A DNA stretch of 64,000 bases from an uncultured Bacilli bacterium. Its GTDB lineage: Bacteria > Bacillota_I > Bacilli_A > RF39 > UBA660. This document shows positions 20,566 through 29,449 of this stretch, piece by piece. How positions within the stretch are numbered: position 1 is the first letter of the stretch; each line of letters starts with the position of its first letter. The DNA lies in contig CAKOHW010000002.1 in the NCBI GenBank assembly GCA_934086185.1, positions 31,377-95,376 on the forward strand. Direction: 5' to 3'. A program made the position numbers and the translations under genes. A model generated the notes under the pieces. That model did not search any database, had not been told where the DNA came from, and worked only from the letters and a program-made list of their open reading frames with translations.

Positions 20566-20641
20566 AAGACACTATAATACTCATATAATTTATTATTTCA
20601 ATAATTTCGAAAAAACATTACAAAAAAAGAAATTACATAAA

Positions 20642-20818
20642 CTATAATTCCTTATCTTTATACATAATTAAACTACTAAAACAATATATTTGTTCTTCAC
20701 CAGATATTCCAATACTAACATTAAATTTAATATCAATAATATCTTTCCCTTCTATAAAAGAATTTATTGAATTTTCTAAATCACTTTCATGTCCTTCATC
20801 AAATACTTTTACTTTCAT
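20642..20818 (-). CDS. sporulation protein Cse60-like (58 aa from the internal ATG)
   Basis: MKVKVFDEGHESDLENSINSFIEG…EEQIYCFSSLIMYK matches my memory of the Cse60 family. The ORF-track TTG start at 20842 is probably an over-extension. Confidence 0.55.
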   Translation of the reverse strand: MKVKVFDEGHESDLENSINSFIEGKDIIDIKFNVSIGISGEEQIYCFSSLIMYKDKEL

Positions 20819-20858
20819 ATTATCACCAAATACATTATACAAAACATATTTGTCAAAA

Positions 20859-21743
20859 TTACTCGAATTTTAAATCTATTAAACTATTTAATATACTTGC
20901 TATAAATATTCCACCAAAACTAGATAACTGTGGTTGTATTAAATATAATAAGAAAGTAAACACCCCAACTAATATTCCATATATAATTTGTCCATTCTTA
21001 GTATAACTACTACTAACAGTATCAGTAGCAATAAAAATAAAACTAAACATAATACCATTAGTAAATAATATATTCATAATATTCCCTATATCATTTTTAA
21101 ATATAGAATATATAATAGTTAAAATAGTAAAAGATATAATTGAAAATAAAGATACATTCTTCTTATATACTTTACTACAATACAATATAATAAAACTTAT
21201 AATAAGTAATATAATATTCGTAGTAAAAATACCACCACTACCTTTACCAAATAAATAATCTATAGCATTCATATTAAAATGATTACTAACTTCATATGAA
21301 TTTAAAAATGAAAACTCATGAAATATATTCATAATAAAAAATATAATTAAACTAGCTAACGCAACTATATTAACTTTATTATTCTTTATAAATTTAGATA
21401 TAAACAATACTAAAAAAGTAACAATACTAAATAAAAATAAATTAGTATTTATACTAGATACACTTGCTATTAAAACACCATATAACATATGAAAACTACT
21501 AAATAGTATATCACTAATATTTTTATCACTCTTATTTATTTTCTCATAAATAATATTAGATAATATACCACATATTAACCCTATAATTATAAATAATAAA
21601 GGTTTAAACATACCTAATACATTAACATATCCTTTAATATATAAACTAATACCATTCTTATAAAAACCAAATAATATTAAAGGAATTAAACTAATAAAAT
21701 ATATTAAACTTATTTTCTTTATTGAATTATCACTTTTTATCAT
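20859..21743 (-). CDS. RnfD/NqrB-like polytopic membrane protein
   Basis: 294 aa, multi-TM, FIATDTVSSSYT resembles the RnfD FxATDPVT motif. Confidence 0.55.
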   Translation of the reverse strand: MIKSDNSIKKISLIYFISLIPLILFGFYKNGISLYIKGYVNVLGMFKPLLFIIIGLICGILSNIIYEKINKSDKNISDILFSSFHMLYGVLIASVSSINTNLFLFSIVTFLVLFISKFIKNNKVNIVALASLIIFFIMNIFHEFSFLNSYEVSNHFNMNAIDYLFGKGSGGIFTTNIILLIISFIILYCSKVYKKNVSLFSIISFTILTIIYSIFKNDIGNIMNILFTNGIMFSFIFIATDTVSSSYTKNGQIIYGILVGVFTFLLYLIQPQLSSFGGIFIASILNSLIDLKFE

Positions 21744-22848
21744 TATACACTACTCCCTTATGTAAATTAATCTTAGAAGGACATACATAACTACATATAC
21801 CACATCCAATACATTTTTCTTTATAACTTTTAGATTTCTTATTATTATTAAAATACATATATCTAGGATTTATATGTATAGGACAAGCACTAATACATTC
21901 TCCACAATTAATACAATTAGATTCTTTATAAAAAACATCATCACTAACAAATATACTACGTACATTATGATCTATTATAAAATTATTATTTTTTAAACTT
22001 ATACCATTTAATAAACCATTAATAATTACATGTTTATCTTTATCTATATTAAAATAATTTAATATATCTACTAAATTAGTACCTATCTTAACTCTAACTA
22101 CTTTAGTATAATCTATATTATCTCCAGTCAAAGTAATAAACGTTTCACTCATAGGTCTCTTTCTTCTTAATATATTATACATATTAAGTACATCTTTTAT
22201 ATTTAAATACATAACATCGTAATTTTTATGCTTATAATTAGTTAATTTATTAACTAATATACTTTTAATACCAATACTAAAATCATTACTAAATAATTTT
22301 AAATCTATTTTAGGATATGTACCAATATTATTAAACATATTATTAACACATTCTATATCACTATTATTCATTGCTAAAAAACATTTCTTAATATTCATTA
22401 TATCTATTAATGCATCTATAGTATCTAATATTTCTATAGTATATTCTTTTAACAAAGTATCATAAGTAACTTCACCCATATATTCATCTATACCATTTAT
22501 TACTAATACTTTACTATTACTAGCAAAAGTATCTAAACCATACTCTTTAACCAAACATAAAAACTCTTCTTTAGTATAATCACTTAAATTTCTTTTTACA
22601 CCCATTCTAGTCTTTAATTTATCTTTAAAATCATTTTCTATTACAATATACTTAATATTATTAATTTTAGTTAATCCTAAAACACTACCAGATACACTAC
22701 TATTAACTTTTTTATCATCACTATATAATATTAATTCATTTTTATTTATATATTCTTTATCTTTAACTAATACTTTCATACCATCATAATATGGTAAATA
22801 TATATAATCACTAGTTAAATAATCTTCTATTCTTTTTTTATTATTCAT
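21730..22848 (-). CDS. RnfC-like protein with two 4Fe-4S ferredoxin motifs
   Basis: CINCGECISACP and CIGCGICSYVCP motifs, RnfC-type N-terminal barrel pattern. Overlaps the RnfD-like gene by 14 nt. Confidence 0.6.
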   Translation of the reverse strand: MNNKKRIEDYLTSDYIYLPYYDGMKVLVKDKEYINKNELILYSDDKKVNSSVSGSVLGLTKINNIKYIVIENDFKDKLKTRMGVKRNLSDYTKEEFLCLVKEYGLDTFASNSKVLVINGIDEYMGEVTYDTLLKEYTIEILDTIDALIDIMNIKKCFLAMNNSDIECVNNMFNNIGTYPKIDLKLFSNDFSIGIKSILVNKLTNYKHKNYDVMYLNIKDVLNMYNILRRKRPMSETFITLTGDNIDYTKVVRVKIGTNLVDILNYFNIDKDKHVIINGLLNGISLKNNNFIIDHNVRSIFVSDDVFYKESNCINCGECISACPIHINPRYMYFNNNKKSKSYKEKCIGCGICSYVCPSKINLHKGVVYNDKK

Positions 22849-22912
22849 ATTCTACACCTACAATAATTATAAAAAAATAATAAAAAAAAAGCAATTAGTT
22901 TATAATAATCAC

Positions 22913-23542
22913 TTATTTAATTTTTAATGGTACTGAAAAATTCTCTCCATACATAAAATTAGTATTATTCTCTATTTCTTTTATTATATTATCTAACAAA
23001 CCTAATGCTTTATTAATTAATTTATTTTTTTCACTATCATCATAAAATGAATATTCTTGACTATTTATAATATTTTTAAAATCATTAACTATTATATCTA
23101 ATCTATTTTTTAAATCACTATCTCCATTAGTATCAGATACTTTAGTAATAAAATATATTTTAGAATTAATTAAACTATTCTTATCAACATCATCTATACT
23201 TTTATTAAAATATTTTAGTATAGGCATAGTAACATATAATTTAATTGTTTGTCCTTTTTTTATATTTTTAATATCATTATATTTTTTTATTACTTCTATC
23301 TCATCAAAAATTTTTTTATCATCATTTATATATACTTTAACTATATCATATAAATCATCTACACTATCTACCATAAATTCTAGTTCATATTTCTGACTAA
23401 AACTATTTAAATCTACACTTTTATATTTTAAACCAGCATTACTTTCTATAATACTATTTTTATATAAATCCCCTTTCTTTTTTTCATTCATATTAACTAA
23501 GCCAACTAACTTACTACCATCATAAATTTCATAATCTTTCAT
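22913..23542 (-). CDS. hypothetical protein downstream of P2 (209 aa from the internal ATG)
   Basis: ATG at 23540-23542 with an AGGTGA SD. The ORF-track extension to 23641 runs through the P2 terminator and the P2 3' end. Confidence 0.55.
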   Translation of the reverse strand: MKDYEIYDGSKLVGLVNMNEKKKGDLYKNSIIESNAGLKYKSVDLNSFSQKYELEFMVDSVDDLYDIVKVYINDDKKIFDEIEVIKKYNDIKNIKKGQTIKLYVTMPILKYFNKSIDDVDKNSLINSKIYFITKVSDTNGDSDLKNRLDIIVNDFKNIINSQEYSFYDDSEKNKLINKALGLLDNIIKEIENNTNFMYGENFSVPLKIK

Positions 23543-23561
23543 ATTTTCACCTACTATAATT

Positions 23562-23598
23562 TTAAAAAAAAATATACACAAAATCAAGTGTATATTTA
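23562..23598 (-). terminator. intrinsic terminator of P2
   Basis: AAAUAUACAC-loop-GUGUAUAUUU followed by U8 on the minus strand, immediately after the P2 stop. Confidence 0.8.
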
Positions 23599-23600
23599 AA

Positions 23601-24941
23601 TTAATCAGTATCAAGATAACATATTTGTGAACCATTTCCAATCAGGAATAAAATATTATTATCAAAAATCTCATTTAAAATAGTAGTATCATCCGGATAT
23701 GCCACTTTAGTACTAAGTTGATCCAAATATTCAACATCAGGTGAATATTCTCTTAACGCTATATATCCTATGTTTTCAAACATAGTAGTATGTGTATAAT
23801 AATATAACATATCATCATCAATTAAAGATAAATTTTTACTACAACTCTCTTTATAAGAAGATGTACTATTTATTTTGTTCTTCGCATCAAGTCCAGTAAG
23901 TATTTTTTGGTTACTTTTTAATTCATTAATATACTCACTTTTTAACCAATCATTTATTGTCATGTCCTTATTTATTCTAACTATATAAGGCCCTGAACAT
24001 ATACTACTATTATTTATACAATCACTTAAATGCATATCTCCCAGTGAAGCAGTAATAGGAATGTATAATTTATATTTTTTACTAAGTCCATCACTAACAC
24101 CTGATATTGTTTTTGTTATTGAATTATCTGTTACATTTATATTTATCTCTGCTATTCTACTTGTATCATCTATAGTTATTACATCATCTTCAATTGATTG
24201 TGATTCTCCTTTTTTTATAACTAAATCTGTATTTAAATTTTTAGATGTCTTTCTATTCTTTATTGTTATCTTATGTGTATCTGGTTCTATTCCAACAAAC
24301 TTATATTTTCCATCTACTATCTCACTTGTTTGTTCTTTACTATTGATTACTACATAGTCATTTTCACTAGAATTTGTTACTGTTCCTTGTATAGTAAGTG
24401 CCTTTGTATCAAATATATCTATCTTTGCTTCTAATGTTTTACCCATATCAATACTTTGGTCTACATTCATTTCTTTATATTCTACTTCTATTACATATGT
24501 CTGTACTTCTTTTGAATCAATTTGATTTTCTATTATATATGAGTTTTCATTTGGAAATGTACTTTCACTTACTCCATTACATGTTTTACCAGTTACACTA
24601 CTAGAACATGTTACAGTATATTTTATATCATCTAATCTTGTGAATGTATTTATTACATTTACTAATCCTACACTATAACTATCTACATTATTATCTCCAT
24701 TATTTGTTACGGTAAATGTTTTAGTTCCTAATGTTGTACCTGGTACTATATTTGTTCCAGTTATTACATCACTATTATCACTGTATGTTAGTTCTAGATT
24801 AGCAGTTGATATACTTATTGATTTATTATTAGTATTTCCTTGTATTCTTGTTAAATAATATCCATATGTTAAACCAATAAGTGCTAAACTTATTATACTT
24901 ATTCCTACAATACTTATTATTATTTTATTTTTTCTACTCAT
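23601..24941 (-). CDS. paralog P2: head type b plus unique tail type delta
   Basis: The first ~231 aa are near-identical to P5 and P3 (MSRKNKIIISIVGISIISLALIGLTYGYYLTRIQGNTNNKSISISTANLELTYSD…). The C-terminal ~200 aa are unrelated to the other copies. Confidence 0.9.
   Translation of the reverse strand: MSRKNKIIISIVGISIISLALIGLTYGYYLTRIQGNTNNKSISISTANLELTYSDNSDVITGTNIVPGTTLGTKTFTVTNNGDNNVDSYSVGLVNVINTFTRLDDIKYTVTCSSSVTGKTCNGVSESTFPNENSYIIENQIDSKEVQTYVIEVEYKEMNVDQSIDMGKTLEAKIDIFDTKALTIQGTVTNSSENDYVVINSKEQTSEIVDGKYKFVGIEPDTHKITIKNRKTSKNLNTDLVIKKGESQSIEDDVITIDDTSRIAEININVTDNSITKTISGVSDGLSKKYKLYIPITASLGDMHLSDCINNSSICSGPYIVRINKDMTINDWLKSEYINELKSNQKILTGLDAKNKINSTSSYKESCSKNLSLIDDDMLYYYTHTTMFENIGYIALREYSPDVEYLDQLSTKVAYPDDTTILNEIFDNNILFLIGNGSQICYLDTD
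24248..24941 (-). repeat. head-type-b DNA block (P2 copy)
   Basis: Near-identical to the 5' ~0.7 kb of P5 and P3. The spurious antisense ORFs 24398-24604 and 44086-44292 translate almost identically. Confidence 0.7.
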
Positions 24942-24961
24942 ACAAACTCTCCTTAAACATC

Positions 24962-25028
24962 AAAAAAATTATATAATTATTAGCTCCTGACAAAACTTTT
25001 GTTCAAGAGAGAATTAGGTTATATAATT
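24962..25028 (-). promoter_or_regulatory. conserved leader hairpin + U-tract (terminator/attenuator-like), P2 copy
   Basis: Minus-strand RNA AAUUAUAUAA…CUUGAACAAAAGUUUUGUCAGG…UUAUAUAAUU then U7, ending about 20 nt before the AAGGAGAG SD of P2. Confidence 0.55.
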
Positions 25029-25198
25029 CTGTGCTTTTATAAAATATTTTTTAATTTCGAGTACTTTCTACTCTATATAAACTATATCAAATTTTCTGAA
25101 TTTTGCATAGTATTTTTTATTATTTTTAAAAACGTTTGATCTAATTCATAACTATCAAATCAAATTTAACTTATTATACAATATAAAAACAGATAACA

Positions 25199-26476
25199 TT
25201 AAATAATATCATCTGCTATTACGCATAAATCTTCTATTTTCTTAACTTTAACTTTACAAAAAGTATTATGAGGTATTTCCTTATTTATTATAACTTTTAA
25301 ATAATTATCAGTATGACCAATAGATTTATCTTTATAACTTTCTTCTACTAAAACTTCAATATCTTTATCTAAAAACTTACTATAATAAATATTCTCTAAT
25401 TCATCAGATAATTTTAATATAACATCTACTCTTTCCTTCTTAATACTATCTTTTACTTGTTCCATATTAGCAGCAGGAGTATTATCTCTTTTAGAATATG
25501 GAAAAGTATGTATTTTACTAAAACCAATTTTCTTTAAATTACTAATAGTTTCATTAAAATCTTCATCAGTTTCATGAGGAAATCCTACTATTAAATCAGT
25601 AGTTATATTAATATCCGGTCTAATACTTCTAATTTTATCAATTATATTAATGAATTCACTTACATTATATTTTCTATTCATTAATTTTAATATATGATCA
25701 CTACCACTTTGTATTGGAATATGTAAATGATTACATATCTTTTTATTAACTCTTAATTCTTCCATAAATTTATCATCTAACTCAGTTATTTCTATACTAG
25801 ATATACGTATTCTTTTTAATTTATCTAAAGTACTTATTCTTCTAATTAAATCTACTAAATCATAATCTTCTAAAGTTCCATAACTTCCAGTATGTATACC
25901 AGTTAATACAACTTCTTGATATCCATTATCAACTAATTCTTTTATTTCTTCATAACAAACAAATATATCTTTACTTCTTATAGTACCTCTCATATATGGA
26001 ATAATACAATATGAACAAAAATTATTACAACCATCTTGTATTTTTACAAATGCTCTTGTCTTATTTAAAAAATTATTTATTTTCATATCTTCAAATTTAA
26101 CTTTTCTCATATTAACAAAAGTATTAATTTTTTTATGATCTTTTTTAAATTGATCTACATACTCTACAATTTTACTTTTATAATAATTTCCAATTAATAT
26201 ATCTATATCAGTATCTACAATATTATCTTTATGATGTTCACTAGCACAACCACATACTACTATAATAGCATCATTATTTTTCTTTTTAGCAAGTCTTATC
26301 ATATGACGACTTTTAGCATCACTTTGATTAGTAACTGTACAAGTATTTATAACAACAACATCTGGTTTATCATCTACACTAACTATTAGATAACCATTAT
26401 TTCTAAAATTTTCTTTTATATATTCACTTTCATAAGCGTTAACTTTACATCCTAAAGTTATTACAGCACATTTCAT
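25199..26476 (-). CDS. mtaB: radical-SAM methylthiotransferase, MtaB/MiaB-like
   Basis: N-terminal UPF0004 domain MKCAVITLGCKVNAYESEYI, CNNFCSYC radical-SAM cluster, 425 aa. Confidence 0.75.
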   Translation of the reverse strand: MKCAVITLGCKVNAYESEYIKENFRNNGYLIVSVDDKPDVVVINTCTVTNQSDAKSRHMIRLAKKKNNDAIIVVCGCASEHHKDNIVDTDIDILIGNYYKSKIVEYVDQFKKDHKKINTFVNMRKVKFEDMKINNFLNKTRAFVKIQDGCNNFCSYCIIPYMRGTIRSKDIFVCYEEIKELVDNGYQEVVLTGIHTGSYGTLEDYDLVDLIRRISTLDKLKRIRISSIEITELDDKFMEELRVNKKICNHLHIPIQSGSDHILKLMNRKYNVSEFINIIDKIRSIRPDINITTDLIVGFPHETDEDFNETISNLKKIGFSKIHTFPYSKRDNTPAANMEQVKDSIKKERVDVILKLSDELENIYYSKFLDKDIEVLVEESYKDKSIGHTDNYLKVIINKEIPHNTFCKVKVKKIEDLCVIADDII

Positions 26477-26551
26477 AATATCACCACAAATGATATTTTA
26501 TCAAAAATAACTACCATTTACAAATAAATAAAAATATAGTAAAATTAATAT

Positions 26552-26752
26552 ATGAAAAAATTAAGTATATTTTTAATAAATTTATATCAAAGTACTCCAC
26601 TACATTGTCATTCAATGTGTAAATTCATTCCAACATGTAGTGAATATACTAAAATTAAAATAAATAAATATGGATTTATTAAAGGAACATTATTAGGAAT
26701 AAAAAGGATTTTAAAATGTCACCCTTTCCAAAAAAGAAAGATTGACATATGA
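26552..26752 (+). CDS. yidD: membrane protein insertion efficiency factor YidD
   Basis: 66 aa with CKFIPTCSEYT…LKCHPF signature. Confidence 0.85.
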   Translation: MKKLSIFLINLYQSTPLHCHSMCKFIPTCSEYTKIKINKYGFIKGTLLGIKRILKCHPFQKRKIDI

Positions 26753-26762
26753 AAGGAAAATT

Positions 26763-27632
26763 ATGAAAAATTTATATAAAATTATTATTATTACATTATT
26801 CATGTTTATGTTTACAGGATGTTTAAAAACAGAAGAATTAGATAAGGCTGAAATATATACTACAACATACCCGATAGAATATTTAGTTAATGAACTTTAT
26901 GGATATAATTCTAAAGTTTTATCAATTTATCCAGATGGAGCAAATATTAATAAATATACATTATCTAATAAGAAAATTAAAAAATATTCAAAAACAGATT
27001 TATTTGTATATAACGGACTTACAGACGAAAAGAAAATAGCAGCAAGCTTTGTAAATAAAAATAGTAAATTAAAAATTATAGATGTTACTGAAGGTCTTGC
27101 AATAAAATATTCTTATGAAGAATTATGGCTTAACCCAATAAATTATTTAATGTTAGCACAAAATGTAAAAAATGGTTTAAAAGAATATATTGATAGTCCA
27201 GTAATAAAAGAGGAAATTGATAAAAATTATGATAATTTTAAAGTGACGATTTCTGAATTTGAAACCAATTTAAAATTATTAAGTCAAAATGCAAAAAGTA
27301 ATGTAATTATAGTTTCTAAAAATTATTTTAAATTTTTAGAAAATTATGGTTTTGAAGTTATAAGCGTAGAAGAAACTGAAGATTTAAGTAATGATACTAT
27401 AAAAAAAGCAAAAGATGCAATAAAAAATAAGGAAAATAATTATGTATTTGTTCCAGAAGATGAATTAAATAATTATTCAAATACTGTTAAAGAATTAGTA
27501 GATGCTGGTGCTGAAGTAAAAAAATTAAATACAATGACTTTACTTACTAGTAAGCAAAGAGAAAATAAAGATGATTATATTACTTTAATGAAAGAAAATA
27601 TAGAAAATTTAAAAGAAGAAGCATATAAATAA
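26763..27632 (+). CDS. metal (Zn/Mn-type) ABC transporter substrate-binding lipoprotein
   Basis: Lipobox FTGC. ZnuA/TroA-like N-terminus YTTTYPIEYLV. ATG at 26763 with a GAAAGGAAAA SD is preferred over the TTG at 26742. Confidence 0.6.
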   Translation: MKNLYKIIIITLFMFMFTGCLKTEELDKAEIYTTTYPIEYLVNELYGYNSKVLSIYPDGANINKYTLSNKKIKKYSKTDLFVYNGLTDEKKIAASFVNKNSKLKIIDVTEGLAIKYSYEELWLNPINYLMLAQNVKNGLKEYIDSPVIKEEIDKNYDNFKVTISEFETNLKLLSQNAKSNVIIVSKNYFKFLENYGFEVISVEETEDLSNDTIKKAKDAIKNKENNYVFVPEDELNNYSNTVKELVDAGAEVKKLNTMTLLTSKQRENKDDYITLMKENIENLKEEAYK

Positions 27633-27653
27633 AATTATATGTTTTTTATATAG

Positions 27654-27700
27654 AAAAAAAGAGTTAAAATGAATCAATATTTATTTTAACTCTTTTTATT
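27654..27700. terminator. bidirectional terminator between convergent genes
   Basis: Stem AGAGTTAAAAT/ATTTTAACTCT flanked by A7 and T5, overlapping the KH-protein stop. Confidence 0.65.
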
Positions 27701-27915
27701 CCTTTATTAAATGCACATGCTTGTACTAAAGTTCTAATTACTTTAGCCATTTTTCCACTTTTTCCGATTACTTTTCCCATATCATTATCACTTACCATGA
27801 TTTCAATAATTGGATTTTCTTCTTCATCTTGGAAATTTTGTACTTTAACTAAATCAGGTTCACTAACCAAACTTTTTACTATTGTTTCAGTAAATGTTTT
27901 TAATTCTTCAATCAT
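27664..27915 (-). CDS. KH-domain RNA-binding protein (YlqC family)
   Basis: 83 aa with GKVIGKSGKMAKVIRTLV KH motif. Follows rpsP as in Bacillus. Confidence 0.85.
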   Translation of the reverse strand: MIEELKTFTETIVKSLVSEPDLVKVQNFQDEEENPIIEIMVSDNDMGKVIGKSGKMAKVIRTLVQACAFNKGIKRVKINIDSF

Positions 27916-28190
27916 TATTTACCTTCTTTTTTAGTATTTTTAAATTTAGCCCATATTCCTGCATCACTTAAAATATTTTTTACAGTATCAGTAGGTTGAG
28001 CACCATTATTTAACCATTTCATTGCTTTTTCTTCATCAACAGTAATATTATTTTCTTTTAATATTGGATTATAAGTACCAACAGTTTCAATAAATCTACC
28101 ATCTCTTGGACTTCTTGAATCAGCAGCAACTATTCTATAAAAAGGTTTTTGTTTAGCTCCCATTCTTTTTAATCTTAATTTAACAGCCAT
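27915..28190 (-). CDS. rpsP: 30S ribosomal protein S16
   Basis: [35 protein letters not shown]. Confidence 0.97.
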   Translation of the reverse strand: MAVKLRLKRMGAKQKPFYRIVAADSRSPRDGRFIETVGTYNPILKENNITVDEEKAMKWLNNGAQPTDTVKNILSDAGIWAKFKNTKKEGK

Positions 28191-28218
28191 GTTTTTTTCC
28201 TCCTTTAAAACTAATAGT

Positions 28219-28247
28219 AGTATACCAATTTAATTATATGATGTCAA
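28219..28247 (-). promoter_or_regulatory. sigma-A-type promoter of rpsP
   Basis: TTGACA(28242-28247)-17-TATACT(28219-28224) on the minus strand. Confidence 0.65.
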
Positions 28248-28284
28248 CCCTTTTTGGTTAACATACAATTAATATATGATTTTT

Positions 28285-29106
28285 TTATTTATTAGTACAT
28301 CTGCCACACCAACTACATCCATTACAACTATCCTTTCTTTTACAATTTTTACATCTAGGTTGAATTTTAATTTCATTATAGATAAGAGGATTTTGTAATC
28401 TTGATTTCAAAGCCATTACTTTTTGATAAGCCTTTGGTATATGATATGTTTTTCCATCTTTAATAAAGAAATTACCAGTTCCAACAAAATTAAATTTTAT
28501 ATTATACTTTATACATTCATCATAAAGTAATTTTACCCAATCATAATATAAAGGTCTATTTCCTTCATAGTTTTCTCCATCTACTAATACTATTTCAAAA
28601 TCACCAGTTTCTAAATATTTATCTAAAGTTATTTTTCCAATCATTGGTGCACACATTATTCCTTTATGTTTAAATGGCAAATCTAATAATATCGGTAATC
28701 GTTCATCTGCTCTAGATTGATTTTCTGCTGTAAAAACCATAAATACATTATCCCAACCAGACCCCCAATCATTAGGCAAATTATCTAAAACTCGTTCTGC
28801 TCTTTTAGTTTGAAGCCAAAAAGTAACATCTTTTCTAATTCTTATCATATCCCATACTTCATCTCTCCACTTATCAGCTTCCTCTAAAAAGAAATCACTA
28901 GTCATACAAACTCTAATAATTGACCCACTTGGAATTTTATAATTACCTTCTCTATCTTTTTTTAAAGGCAAATTAAAATTAGTTTTTACTTTATATATCT
29001 CACTACCATCTTTATCTCTTTTTGAATCAAGATAATACATATAACAATATTTACAACCTTCACTATATTTATGACATCCATGCCAAGGATTCCATATATC
29101 ATTCAA
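28285..29106 (-). CDS. DUF5131 (phage Gp37/Gp68-like) protein with a Cys-rich C-terminal tail
   Basis: N-terminus MNDIWNPWHGCHKYSEGCKYCY is typical of the family. Tail CKNCKRKDSCNGCSWCGRC. Confidence 0.7.
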   Translation of the reverse strand: MNDIWNPWHGCHKYSEGCKYCYMYYLDSKRDKDGSEIYKVKTNFNLPLKKDREGNYKIPSGSIIRVCMTSDFFLEEADKWRDEVWDMIRIRKDVTFWLQTKRAERVLDNLPNDWGSGWDNVFMVFTAENQSRADERLPILLDLPFKHKGIMCAPMIGKITLDKYLETGDFEIVLVDGENYEGNRPLYYDWVKLLYDECIKYNIKFNFVGTGNFFIKDGKTYHIPKAYQKVMALKSRLQNPLIYNEIKIQPRCKNCKRKDSCNGCSWCGRCTNK

Positions 29107-29324
29107 TTTATATCACATCCACTTAATTTCAATTTCATTATAACACCCGTAAATATATATTCACAAAATACATTTACGTAATCTTAAAATTCAAAATATA
29201 ATAAACAATATTTTATAATTTAATTTAATCATATAAAAACCTCATTTCTTATATGAAAGAAACAAGGTAATTTAACTTTTAACATATTTTTTTACTATCA
29301 AAAATAATTCAAAACTTATTATAA

Positions 29325-29438
29325 TTAACCTATATATAATGTTGCAAAAACATAAACTAAACCAATTATTATTGGAATAATTAATGCTAATCCTACTATA
29401 AAATAAAATGATTTATCATCTTTCAATATATTTTTCAT
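29325..29438 (-). CDS. 37-aa membrane peptide (unannotated small ORF)
   Basis: Not in the ORF track. GAAAGGG SD 5 nt before the ATG, 11 nt after the mutL stop. Peptide MKNILKDDKSFYFIVGLALIIPIIIGLVYVFATLYIG. Confidence 0.4.
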   Translation of the reverse strand: MKNILKDDKSFYFIVGLALIIPIIIGLVYVFATLYIG

Positions 29439-29449
29439 AAATACCCTTT

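Noticed and set aside
24962-25028. The leader hairpin elements as a known riboswitch, or as inverted repeats of a mobile element.
   Set aside because: I could not match any known aptamer consensus (c-di-GMP, SAM, purine, ykkC, T-box, etc.). The element is a single long hairpin with a U-tract on the sense strand only, so terminator or attenuator is the simpler reading.
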